From Spirochaetota bacterium (lineage in GTDB: Bacteria; Spirochaetota; UBA4802; UBA5550), in contig OY760686.1 in NCBI GenBank assembly GCA_963663865.1, positions 256,001 to 320,000 of the forward strand: a stretch of DNA of 64,000 nucleotides, written 5' to 3'. The notes below the pieces were generated by a model, which did no database searches, had not been told where the DNA came from, and was given only the letters and a program-made list of their open reading frames with translations. Made by a program: the position numbers and the translations under genes. The number at the start of each line of letters is the position of its first letter. The stretch's first letter is position 1. Shown piece after piece: positions 30,348 to 41,400 of this stretch.

Positions 30348-30986
30348 ATGGGTAATTACTATCTAAAATTTCAGCAATTAAAGGACAAAGCAAATGAATT
30401 GATATCAATGAATACAGAGTTATTTTCAAGAATACCCGTTGATATTGATTCTTTTGCTGAATTTTTAGGTTTAACTATTATTCCATCCCCTGGGTTCAAA
30501 AACACTGTAGCGAGGGATGCTTTTTTATCTCCATGCACAAAAGAGATATATGTTGATCAAGATTTACTATTAAACACAAGATTAGAATGTAAATATAGAT
30601 TTGCAATTTCTCACGAAATTGCCCATTATCATTTACACACAGACTATTATAACTCAATTATTACCAAGTCCCACTCTTGTGAAGATTGGATAAGGATTTA
30701 TCAAAATATTCCGGAAGAAAATTTCAGCCTCTTTGAGTATCAGGCAAATGCTGTTGGGGCCTGTATATTAATCCCAGATCATCATCTTGATAATTACTTT
30801 GACGATACATTAAAACTTTTTGAAAAACAGATAACAAATGCCAAAACAGGCGGGATTGATAGAGATTCATATTTAGAATATGTTATAGACGGAATAGCGA
30901 ATAGGATTTCGTCAAAGTTTAATGTGTCTGTGCAAGCAATGACTTTGCGATTTAATGATTATAAGTATAAGAAAAGAATTCCATAA
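30348..30986 (+). CDS. ImmA/IrrE-family metallo-endopeptidase
   Basis: IPVDI, RFAISHEIAHYHLH, EYQANAVGACILIP and FNVSVQAMTLR. Confidence 0.85.
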   Translation: MGNYYLKFQQLKDKANELISMNTELFSRIPVDIDSFAEFLGLTIIPSPGFKNTVARDAFLSPCTKEIYVDQDLLLNTRLECKYRFAISHEIAHYHLHTDYYNSIITKSHSCEDWIRIYQNIPEENFSLFEYQANAVGACILIPDHHLDNYFDDTLKLFEKQITNAKTGGIDRDSYLEYVIDGIANRISSKFNVSVQAMTLRFNDYKYKKRIP

Positions 30987-31343
30987 TCAATGTAATGAAT
31001 CATTTATTTAGGAAGTAACTAATTTTCAAGCATTCTCCTATAATTCTACTGACGCCTTATTGAAAAGGACAGGCCGAAATGAACATTATTGAACTGCGCT
31101 TTTTTTGACATCGTAACAGCTCAAGCCACACCAAACACGCATTATTGCGACTATGGCAAATTGTCAATTACACCATTGTACTGCCATCGATGCCGCAGCC
31201 CCGTACTGCTTTTGTTAGATAATGATTCGACGAGCTTCCGTTAATAATCTCCTGAAGTCCACATGAGCTTCATCGCACTTTGACCATCAATATGCAACGA
31301 AGCTCACTTCGATGTAACATTGCCCGGCAAACCACCCACCCGG

Positions 31344-32414
31344 TTACTTCACCACTATCTGATCGGGATCAAAGGAATCATATTCCTCACCGGCACTACT
31401 GTAATCTATATTCTGCCAGACTTCATTTTTAAAATAGCCCACAGATGCTTTATAGTATGGCATTTCAGTCCAGTCAGTCCACTCGCCTGAATAGCCCAGC
31501 ACGTAGTAATCTTCACCACAGACAGACATTGACGTTATACGAAAGTTCTCTCCGTATGATGTCGAAAGCCCCTTCCACTGTCCGTTCACAAAGCAGCCAG
31601 CCTTTCTAACCTGATCGTACTGTACAGCAGCTACAACTGAACCGCCCTCCGTCACTCCTATACCTTTAATGACGGCATACTCAATTGCCCCCTCTGGCGC
31701 AAGCTCAACCCACTCTCCGTTTTTCCAGTAACCGATAGATGAAATATCATTTTCATCCCAGGCGCTGCCCGCAAAATAAACATCACTGCCCTTTATACAG
31801 CTTGACATGACCTGCCCAGAGGACGCCCCGTTTGGAAGGGATAACTCATGAAGCTCCCCGTTTAGCCAGTATGCAGGTTTAGCATCGACCCAACCTCCAA
31901 TATAAATATTATTGTCATCTATCTGTATTGTACAGGCAAATGTATCTCTGCCCATCAGTCTCACTGCACTCTGATTTTCTCCAACAACATCAATCTGATA
32001 TGCGACACCACCTGCTGTTGCAACAGCATATACATAAGAGTCCTTAACACTGAGATCCTGTACCCTCAGATAATCTCGCGAAACCAGACTGTTCAGCCAG
32101 ACAAATCCTTCAGGCCCTGAAAAGCCTCCATATTTGCGGCTATATAACCCCAGATATACGCTGGGGCCTTCAACGAAAAGGCACTCTGCACCCACTACAT
32201 CAACATTCTCAGGATTAGGTATAACCGTCCATTCTCCGTTAATCTGGTATGCACCATTGCATTTTACGGTAAAACCTACCTCAGATATAATAGTACCCCC
32301 TATAATGATCCCCTTCACATCCTCCGCAGTCTGCTCAGGTAGATTTTCATCCTTTGTTCCATCTGAACATGAAGCGAGGAACAAAAAAGCTGTTAACATA
32401 TATTTGAAATTCAT
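31344..32414 (-). CDS. Hypothetical lipoprotein, probable beta-propeller
   Basis: Lipobox FLASC. Repeated blades of the type IYIGG...AYWLNG and VYFAG...GYWKNG. Confidence 0.65.
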   Translation of the reverse strand: MNFKYMLTAFLFLASCSDGTKDENLPEQTAEDVKGIIIGGTIISEVGFTVKCNGAYQINGEWTVIPNPENVDVVGAECLFVEGPSVYLGLYSRKYGGFSGPEGFVWLNSLVSRDYLRVQDLSVKDSYVYAVATAGGVAYQIDVVGENQSAVRLMGRDTFACTIQIDDNNIYIGGWVDAKPAYWLNGELHELSLPNGASSGQVMSSCIKGSDVYFAGSAWDENDISSIGYWKNGEWVELAPEGAIEYAVIKGIGVTEGGSVVAAVQYDQVRKAGCFVNGQWKGLSTSYGENFRITSMSVCGEDYYVLGYSGEWTDWTEMPYYKASVGYFKNEVWQNIDYSSAGEEYDSFDPDQIVVK

Positions 32415-32470
32415 TCAGGCCTCCTAAACCTCATATATCGATTTAAACTTTTCATAACCAAAAAGAATTA

Positions 32471-34421
32471 TCATAGAAAATTAATCCCGAACTCCCCTCC
32501 GGATGTGTTTATTTCAAAAGCTGGGCAGCAACCAACTGCAGCCCAGGCATCAGCAACAGAGAAAAAGCCGTTAAGATCAATCAAACCCGCTCTGTAGTAT
32601 TCACAAGCAGCAAGAATCCACCCTCTTGCCGAATCAATAAAACAAGAATGGGGGGTGCAGTAATAGATACAGGCCCTCATAGCGATTCTTCCGGCAGTTT
32701 GAACACCCAGTCCATTAACTGAATAGAATACCGGGCTCACTCCCTCTGGAACTCCATAATTATATCCCGTCCCCCCCTCGCTGAGAAGGTAGAAAGCATA
32801 AGTTTGAACAGTGCCCATTGAATAGGAATTTTGTGTATCCCAGTTTATTCCTTCATAAAACATCGCATAACCGTTATCTTCCACTGGATTTCTAATATTC
32901 CTATATGGATTGCCTGATTCAGTACAGGAATCCTCACCAATATACCAGTCAAAATGACCAGCGATTCTGTCAGGACACCCAGTGCCATCAGGCTGATAGT
33001 AGTTCTCAACCATCAGAGAGAATATATCAGCATACGATTCATTTAATGCGTTTGGCTCACATCCCATCTTTGGATTTCCAGCAACACTATAATCTACTAA
33101 TTGCGATGTAAAATTAATTATTGCATGCCCAAACTCATGTGCTATAATATCCAAAGCTACCTGGTCGGTCCTAGTACTCCCATCCCCTGCACCGAAAAGA
33201 AATGTTCCGGGAGGGAGTTTGTAATATTTATAATTGTAAGAAGAAAAGGCTTCGTAACATGCGGATTTTTTCCGTACACCTTCATGATCAACAAACAAAA
33301 CAGCCGTTGCATATTTTGGAACTATTCCAGACTTTGAATTTGTATGATTAAAACTTTTCCTGCCAAGAATGCTGTAGTTGTAATCCATTACTCTTGAAAT
33401 ATTGTACGCTGCTGAAATCTTATCTTCATCAAAGTTGCCATTTGTCGATGTAAAGATTGTTCCTGCCGTTAAATATTCAACATAATCCTCATAATAACTT
33501 GCCGGTCTACCTAGATAAAGATCATCATAACGGAGTTGATTTGAAGTTCTAATTTGCCACTTTCTGTAATCAGGACCGATGCTTCTGAGAGAATAGCTTT
33601 CAGATCCAGGTATTATATAATCACCATAACCCCCACTGGTATACTCCACCCAGAAAGATCTGGTAGCGTTAAAGATTACAGTCCCTCCGCCCTCTCCTTC
33701 AAGGCAATTCCCTGAAATAGAACTTGTTTCAAAAACTTCTTCAGCGCCGGAAGTCATTTTAATAATACCTACAATTTCACCGTTATGCGCACTTGCGTGA
33801 ATAGAAACAAACTCACCACTGCCATCTTGCATTACAGCGTTAATTTCATAGCAAAGGGTACCGCCCGCAATCACAAGACGGGGTTCAATGTCATGCATCA
33901 AAACAGTTATCTCTTCGGAAGATTGCTCAATTACACTGACAACATCTTCTAAAGAAATTCTCGGCTCAGTTGAAAAATTTTCATCTTCAATAATTTTTCC
34001 ATTAATAAGATAAATAGACCCATCCGGATTTCGGTGTTCAACAAGTTCTCCTCCAATGACCTTTATACCATCGTAGAACTGCTGATATCTTGTGTGTGTA
34101 CAGCCAAGAATGTCTTTTTCTGAAAATAATTTCTCATAATTAGAAAAACTGATTTCAGCAATATTTTGAATCATGGTTGTATTTTTGAAGCCTGATTCAA
34201 GCATAGTTTTTTCTGTTATTGAACGTTTCGGACTTTTCATACTGCATAAACCCGTTGAAGATATCCAGACATCAGTTTGAGAGCATGAAACATTTTTCCC
34301 ATCTGCTGCCTTAGCAGAATCATTCATAGATTGTAAGTCCTGACCTGGAGAACTACAATTGGCGTGAGAGATAAGAAGCAGAAATATAATTATGAGACCT
34401 GAGACCTGAGACCTGAGACAT
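32471..34421 (-). CDS. Second M4 metallopeptidase; signal peptide frameshifted by a heptamer repeat
   Basis: ORF 32471-34327 has propeptide RYQQFYDGIKV, AHEFGH and NESYADIF. In-frame upstream LIIIFLLLISHANC has no start codon. The RBS-preceded ATG at 34421 is one base out of frame. Confidence 0.8.
34393..34419. repeat. Heptamer tandem repeat (TGAGACC)x3 + TGAGAC
   Basis: Directly visible and lying immediately after the M4 start codon on the minus strand. Confidence 0.95.
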
Positions 34422-34658
34422 AAGCACTACCTCTCTGGTTAAACATTTTTATTAAGTTTATATATGATATACAATTTAAAAGTCAAGATTTTTTCAGGCA
34501 ATTACATTCTCTGCCTTTATCATCTCCATTTATGATATCCTCCAAACTCCAAACAGTAAAAACACAAACATTATTGCAAAAAAACACATGCCGTATAGAG
34601 TTGCATTAACATCAAAATTCAGAAAGAGGAAACGGGCCATAACGCCCGGATAAAAGCA

Positions 34659-35414
34659 ATGAAACTCATCTCCTGGAACGTTAACGGCATACGGGCAGTA
34701 CTTAAAAAGGGTTTTATGGACTTCATCGAAGAACACGACCCGGACATTCTCTGCCTTCAGGAAACCAAAGCCACCCCCGATCAGGTTGAGCTTGATCTTC
34801 CTCAGTACCCGTATAAGCTCTGGAACTCAGCCGAGAAAAAAGGGTATTCCGGCACGGCAGTTTTTTCCAAGGTGCAGCCTGTCACGACAGTAAACGGCAT
34901 TAACACCCCTGAACACGATTCGGAAGGCCGAGTTATAACGGCCGAGTATCCTGATTTTTTTCTCGTGAATGTCTACACGCCCAACTCCAAACGGGGCCTT
35001 GAGCGCCTGCCATACCGTCAGGAAGAGTGGGACCCGGCATTTCTTAATTACGTGAAGGCGCTGGAAAAAACCAGGCCGGTCATCTTCTGCGGCGACCTCA
35101 ATGTTGCACACAAAGAGATCGACCTTGCCCGCCCGGCTGACAACAGACGCAACGCCGGTTTCACCGACGAGGAGCGCGCAGGTTTCGACAACATTGTGAA
35201 CGCCGGCTTTATCGACACCTTCCGGGAATTCGAAAAAGAAGGCGGACACTACTCGTGGTGGAGCTATATGGCAAATGCCAGAGAGAAGAACATCGGATGG
35301 CGCATTGACTACTTTTGCGTCTCATCTGCTCTCAGGCCAAGACTGAAGGGGGCCTCAATTCTTGCCAATATCATGGGCTCAGACCACGCGCCGGTTGTTC
35401 TCGAAATAGAATAA
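34659..35414 (+). CDS. xth: Exodeoxyribonuclease III / AP endonuclease
   Basis: [38 protein letters not shown] and GSDHAP. Confidence 0.95.
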   Translation: MKLISWNVNGIRAVLKKGFMDFIEEHDPDILCLQETKATPDQVELDLPQYPYKLWNSAEKKGYSGTAVFSKVQPVTTVNGINTPEHDSEGRVITAEYPDFFLVNVYTPNSKRGLERLPYRQEEWDPAFLNYVKALEKTRPVIFCGDLNVAHKEIDLARPADNRRNAGFTDEERAGFDNIVNAGFIDTFREFEKEGGHYSWWSYMANAREKNIGWRIDYFCVSSALRPRLKGASILANIMGSDHAPVVLEIE

Positions 35415-35533
35415 AAGCAGACTGATTACTGGAGAATATCATTGACAAGTTAGGAATAAATAACTTCCTTGTGTGATTATAACTTTTGCTTTACTTACAA
35501 ATGTTATCTTATTATAGGAATTTCAATTTAATT

Positions 35534-36625
35534 ATGATTAATCATATTATCAGGCTTTTAATCGTTGTTCTCATAATTGCAACAATCGGATTCAACAGTC
35601 AGCATACTGTTTTGGGAACATCGTTTGGATATTCCGAAACCAAACCTGCCGGCCATAAATTGGGGAGCATTCAGAAAACCGCTGACGGCTCCCTTATTAT
35701 TTCTACCGCCGATCTTGCGGCGCCTATTCGAGGATACGCAGGAAATATTCCGCTAAAAATTTACGTTAGAGACGGACTTATCACCCGGATTGAACCCCTC
35801 GAAAACTCTGAGACCCCTTCGTTCATGAAGTTCATTACGCGCAAGGGTTTTTTCGGCAGCTGGAATGGACTCACACTTGAGGAAGCATCAACAAGAGAAG
35901 TGGATACCATAACCGGAGCCACAATGTCTACAGACGCCATCATACAGTCAGTCAGGCTCGCGTCGCGGCACGCGCTCGGAAAAAACACATCAGAAACCGG
36001 CAGCCCCTTCTTTCAGTTGAAAACCCTTCTGATTGTGCTGGTCATTCTTGCCGGATTATGCCTGCCGCTCTTCTTTCGGTCGAAAAAGTACCGTACATTA
36101 CAGCTTGCTCTGAACGTTGCCGTTCTTGGATTCTGGGGCGGCACTTTTGTTTCTCTTTCCATGCTGACAGGTTTTTTCAGCAGCCCGTTTAGTATTGCAC
36201 TGTCAGCGATACCGGTGCTTCTGATAATAGCGGCCCTCATTATGCCGCTCGCCGGGAAAAGAAGTCATTACTGTTTCTGGTTATGCCCCATGGGTTCGGC
36301 ACAGGAACTTATTGGTAGAATCCCTGTCAAAAAAATCCGCCCATCAGCCAAGACCCTCAGAAAGCTGACCCTGTTCAGGGAAGCGCTCTGGTTCACGCTT
36401 ATGCTCATCATGCTGTGCGGTACCGGGTTGCAGATTATGGATTATGAAATTTTCCCGGCTTTTCTTTTCAGCTCTGCCTCCCTGCCCGTGCTGATTGCAG
36501 CTGGTATATTTCTGCTTCTTTCCCTTTTTATCAACAGGCCCTACTGTCGATTCGTCTGCCCCACGGGAACGCTGTTAAAGCTTATTGACCGGGATAAGGA
36601 GAAAAAGACTTTGCCGCATGTATAA
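35534..36625 (+). CDS. FMN-binding domain plus 4Fe-4S membrane protein
   Basis: GYAGNIP, ETPSF and flavinylation motif DTITGATMS. TM segments with CFWLCPMG and CRFVCPTG. Confidence 0.8.
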   Translation: MINHIIRLLIVVLIIATIGFNSQHTVLGTSFGYSETKPAGHKLGSIQKTADGSLIISTADLAAPIRGYAGNIPLKIYVRDGLITRIEPLENSETPSFMKFITRKGFFGSWNGLTLEEASTREVDTITGATMSTDAIIQSVRLASRHALGKNTSETGSPFFQLKTLLIVLVILAGLCLPLFFRSKKYRTLQLALNVAVLGFWGGTFVSLSMLTGFFSSPFSIALSAIPVLLIIAALIMPLAGKRSHYCFWLCPMGSAQELIGRIPVKKIRPSAKTLRKLTLFREALWFTLMLIMLCGTGLQIMDYEIFPAFLFSSASLPVLIAAGIFLLLSLFINRPYCRFVCPTGTLLKLIDRDKEKKTLPHV

Positions 36626-36701
36626 AACATGGTATAAATAAAAACTAAAGGAGGAACGTGCGAGCACTACTCCCCGGAGAATAGATGCCGCCCCAAACAT
36701 C

Positions 36702-37340
36702 ATGAATAAAACAAATCTGCTTACACTGCTTTTAGCCGCTGCTCTGCTCATTGTAACTGTCAGAGCAGCTCTTTTCAGGATGGAATCAAAAGAGGAAGAG
36801 AAAATGACAACTTCAAACAGCGAGTTAATAATCGAAGCAATAAAAGCAAGGACCAGCATAAGGTCATACCAGAACAAAAAAATCGAACAGGAAAAGATTA
36901 CTGAAATCCTTAAAGCTGCCATGTCCGCCCCTTCCGCCCGCAACAGGCAGCCCTGGCTCTTCATTGTCATTGATGATAAAGCTGTCCTCAAAGAGCTTGG
37001 AGACGCGCTTCCGAATGCAGCTATGACAGCCAGTGCTCCCCTGGCGATAGCGGTGTGCGGCGACCTGTCAAAGACTCTTGAGGGCGAGTCATCTGAGTAC
37101 TGGATACAGGACACATCTGCCGCCACAGAGAACCTTCTTCTGGCTGCAAGCGCGATGGGCCTTGGAGCTGTCTGGACTGGCGTTTATCCGGACAAAGGCA
37201 GAATAGGTACTCTTCGTAAGATACTCAACATACCTGAAAACATCATTCCTCTGAACCTTATTCCGATAGGCTATCCTGAGGGCAGCTCGAAACCCAAAAA
37301 CAAATGGGATGAGGCCAACATACATAAAAACAGATGGTAA
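36702..37340 (+). CDS. Nitroreductase family protein
   Basis: RTSIRSY, APSARNRQPW and ENLLLAASAMGLGAVWTG. Confidence 0.9.
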   Translation: MNKTNLLTLLLAAALLIVTVRAALFRMESKEEEKMTTSNSELIIEAIKARTSIRSYQNKKIEQEKITEILKAAMSAPSARNRQPWLFIVIDDKAVLKELGDALPNAAMTASAPLAIAVCGDLSKTLEGESSEYWIQDTSAATENLLLAASAMGLGAVWTGVYPDKGRIGTLRKILNIPENIIPLNLIPIGYPEGSSKPKNKWDEANIHKNRW

Positions 37341-37345
37341 CAGCC

Positions 37346-38431
37346 ATGAATCCTTTTTTCTTCCAGTCACCGGTGAAGGCGTTTATGGGGTATGAATTCG
37401 CTCCTCTTCTAAAGCAGCTCTCGGCCCCTTACAGCCGCATAGCTGTCATCACCGGCCAAACGTCTGCCGTAAAATCTGGATTTATCGACGCGATCAAACC
37501 CGCCCTAAAGGACAAAGACCTTCTCTATTTCAGCGAAATCGAAGAGAACCCGTCCATCGAAACCGTAACGAGGGGCGCTGGAGAGGTCAGAAAATTTAAC
37601 CCCGACTGTATCCTCGCGTTCGGCGGCGGCAGCCCTCTTGATGCGGCAAAGGCAATCGGCCTCATGTCGGCGAACCCGCTTCCCTTCGGGGAGCTCATGA
37701 CTTCTGACGCGCCAATATCCCCCCCTCCGATAATAGCAGTCCCGGGAACCTGCGGCACCGGAAGCGAGATGAACGCCTACTCCATCATAACCGACACGGC
37801 TAAAATGGACAAGCTCAACCTTACCAGAGAGAACATGTTCCCACGCTTCGCTGTTCTCGAACCCTGTTTTCTGAATTCCCTGAGCGACGATACGAGGTTC
37901 TCAACCCTGTTTGACGCCTTCTCTCATGCATTCGAAGGCTTTGTATCAAAACGTGCGAATCCCTTTTCCGATGCACTGGCCCTTCACGCCATTGAAATCA
38001 TTTTTTCAATTATAGCCGATTACAGCAAAGATATGGGCTTCCACACAGAGCGAGCGCTCTACGCGTCAGCCGTAGCCGGTGCAGTCATACTGCATACGGG
38101 AACGACCATTCTTCACTCACTTGGATACTACCTGACCAACAGGAGGGGCGTTCATCACGGCAAGGCAAACGCGCTCCTTCTCGAAGGCTATATGAGCATG
38201 CTGCAGGACGGAGGAGCGTCAAAACTCGGAAAAATCCGCGAAATGGAGCGCTCCGCAGGCATAGACATTTGCAGATTTATCAGGGATTTCTATGGGTCCT
38301 CGGGCCTTGAAGGCTACGTCGACGCAGACGACTTTGATGATTTCGCCTCGTACTCGTTGAGCAAATCAAACGCAGCGTCTACACCGGTAGCGCTGTCACC
38401 CGAGGTTTTAAAAAAGCATTACGCTGATTAA
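37346..38431 (+). CDS. Iron-containing alcohol dehydrogenase family protein
   Basis: EIEENP, GGGSPLDAAK, GTGSE, DAFSHAFE, HSLGY and HHG. Confidence 0.88.
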   Translation: MNPFFFQSPVKAFMGYEFAPLLKQLSAPYSRIAVITGQTSAVKSGFIDAIKPALKDKDLLYFSEIEENPSIETVTRGAGEVRKFNPDCILAFGGGSPLDAAKAIGLMSANPLPFGELMTSDAPISPPPIIAVPGTCGTGSEMNAYSIITDTAKMDKLNLTRENMFPRFAVLEPCFLNSLSDDTRFSTLFDAFSHAFEGFVSKRANPFSDALALHAIEIIFSIIADYSKDMGFHTERALYASAVAGAVILHTGTTILHSLGYYLTNRRGVHHGKANALLLEGYMSMLQDGGASKLGKIREMERSAGIDICRFIRDFYGSSGLEGYVDADDFDDFASYSLSKSNAASTPVALSPEVLKKHYAD

Positions 38432-38471
38432 AACTTCTTTTCTGCGGGGGGATAATGACCTCAAAACCCCC

Positions 38472-41400
38472 TCAGCCTGTCTGCTCAATACGTGAACCTG
38501 TCTGCGACTTGACAACCCTGATCTGAGAGGGGATGCGGTTTCTCAACTCCTGAACATGCGAGATGATCCCTACCATTCGTCCGCAGCGCACTTCGTCAAG
38601 TATCGAAAGGGCCCGGTCAAGAGACGCCTCGTCAAGGGTCCCGAAACCCTCATCAATAAAGACAGAATCAAGCTCGATTTCACCCGCCCTTGACTGAATA
38701 ACATCGGCCAACCCCAGAGAAAGCGAGATGGAAGCAAGAAACTTCTCGCCGCCGGAAAGGGACTTAACGCTGCGCGGGCGCCCGCTGAACGAGTCAAACA
38801 CCTCAAGTTCAAGGCCAGCCTGAGAACGTCCATCCTCAATCTCAGTGCTCACTGACATTGAATAGCGCCCCTCAGTCATCCGGTTAAAGCGAAGGTTTGC
38901 AGCGGAGGCAACCTCGCTGAGGTAAGCGCTCAGCACGAAGTTCTGAAAGTTTATCCTCCTGGGGTTTTCGCCGTTGAGGTCTCCGGCAATTTCATCAATA
39001 CGGACAAGTTCATCCTGAAGACGGGCGGACTCGGCAGAGACTCGAGTGTATTCCGTGATGAGCCCCTGCAGCCTGTCGATTCTGGAGGCCGCTTCACGCA
39101 CCTCGCGATCAGCGTCTTTTTTCTTCAGGTTCAAGGCTTCAACTGCCTCTCCAAGAACGCACATAACAGGTTCAGTTTTACCCTTCAGGTTTTCTTCAGA
39201 TTGATGAAGCCTTATTTCAGCCTCCCGCAGGCTGTCGCGGAAGCGCTGTACCTTCTCCTGCTGTTCTTTAATCACGCTCTCAGGCCGGAAGTACCGTTCA
39301 GCTTCAGACGCCGAGTCAAACCCTTCTTTAGAACTGCCTTTTTCCGCTTTCTCGACGGCCTTTTCAACCGACACCCTCAGCCTGGCTGCCGCTTCAGAGA
39401 GCTCCCCTTCCCGGCCCTGAATCCGCTTAAGCTCAAGTCCCGCATTGTTCAGCTCAGCATCTATACTTTTAATTTCAACACCGGCCGCTTTCACCTTTTC
39501 TTCTGTTTCCAGAATGCGGTTCTGGATATTGCCAATCCCCTCGAGGTCAGCTTCAAGAGCCAGAGCTGAGGCCTCGGCAGAAGCCAGCCGGCTTTCAGCC
39601 GAAGATATTTTATCCTTCAAAAGGCCAAGCCTGGCTGCAGACTCGTTCAGTTGCACATCCTTTTCATCAAGACGGTGTCTCGCATCGGCTGCCAGGGAGC
39701 TTTTCTCTTCAAGAGCTTCAACTTCATGCTTTAGCTTTTCGAGCTGAACCTTCGCCTCATCCAGCCTGTCATCTTCATCAAGACCAAGCGCAGCGACAGC
39801 ACCGTCGACCTCCAGAATCAGCGACTCAGCCTTCCTGAGCCTTTCTTCCGCCGCGGCAGCCGCCGCGACACTGCCCGCTATATTCTCCCGGACTGCGGCA
39901 AGCCTTTCGTCGTCGGTAAAAACACCTGCTCCGTCAGCCGGTGCAGGATGCGACAGAGAGCCGCAGACCGGGCATGGCCTTCCTTCCTCAAGGCCGGCCG
40001 CCAGGCCGGCAGCCGCGGCGGCCTCCTTCCTCGCGGTTAGTGCAGCCTCATCGGACCTGTTGACATCCAACACCTTATTAATACGCGCTATATCTTCCCT
40101 TGCCCCGTCAGCTTCCGAAACATAGGATTTCCTCTTATCAAGCGCTGTTTCCCGTGCGGCTAAGCTTTCAAACAGTTTTTCCACCTTCACAAGCTCGTTG
40201 CGCTTTTCCCGCATTTCCTCAGGCGGGACTGAATTCTGAGTTATCAAAGCTCTCAGGGAAGCTGCCTCGGCGCAAAGCGCCTCATACTCATGCGAAGCCT
40301 TATCTGACTCTCCTCTAACGCTTTCAGCAACCGCCTTAAGCTCTGCGGCCTCCTTTCGCTTCTCAATGAGCGCGGACGATTTTGCGAGGAGCGGCCTCAG
40401 CCTGCCGAGCTCTGAGTTCCCTTCCGAAACGGCTTTCTCCAGCTTCGGCCGACGGGCTGAGGCTGCATCTGCCGCCTCGGACCTCCTGACAGCGGCGGCC
40501 TTTTCCTTTTCAAGCTCTGCAAGCCTTGATTCTGTCTCCACAAGCTCCTTTTTCAGCCTTGCGGCATCTTCGATAACCGGCCTCAGTTTTTCAGCCCTGA
40601 TAACCCTCTGCAGCGCTGTCTCAATCTTTTCTATTTCAGGAATTTTTTCTCTAAGAACAGCAACTGCGTCAGCTCTGGCCTTTTTTTCTTCAAAGGCATT
40701 CTGAAGCGACCTTCCCTTTTCAAGCTCTATGAGCGCCACATCGTATTTTAGCTGTATTTGCGCTGCGGCATCTTCCTTTTCCTTCAGCTGAAGCTTCAGC
40801 CCTTCAAGCTCCTCAGCGCTCCTTTCCGGGTTCAACTCTGATCCAAGCCTCTTTAAATCCGCAAGCTTCGAGTTAAGTGCAGCGCGTCCAGAATTTCTGA
40901 GCTCTCTCGCGCGATTCGAAATTTCCTCATGCGCTCTGACCGGGAAGAGCTTCATGAGGATGGCCCTTTTCTGATCGGTTGGAGCCACAAGAAAATTCTG
41001 AAACTCTCCCTGCGGAAGAAGTACTATTCTCGAAAACTCATCCTTTGAAAGATGAAGAAGCCTTTCAACCTCGGCGTTGATCTCCGTCACCTTCCCTTCC
41101 ACGGGAGCCCAGCCTCCGTCTCTGAAACGGAAAAAGCTGACGTTCTCAGGCTGCTCAACGGTCCCGCTGCCCCGCCTGGCCGGCCTGTCATGTCTCGGGA
41201 CTCTCTTTATCTTGTATCGCGATCCTCTGATAGCGAAAGTAAACTCGGAGAATGGCTCGCTGTATTCAGGCATGTACCCTGAAACCGCGGAAGCAGGGTT
41301 TCTGGTCCCTGTAAGCGAACCATAAAGGGCAAACAGAATCGCGTCAAAAACCGTCGTCTTCCCGGAGCCGGTAGGCCCTGTAATCAGGAAGAAGTCGGCT

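Noticed and set aside
31110-31222. TAAC...GTTAGAT pair resembling an integron attC site
   Set aside because: Complementarity does not extend beyond about 5 nt, no second copy was seen, and there is no integron integrase.
31264-31306. Imperfect 14-bp inverted repeat TGAGCTTCATCGCA/TGCAACGAAGCTCA
   Set aside because: Single copy just downstream of a gene, best explained as a 3' stabilising or terminating hairpin.
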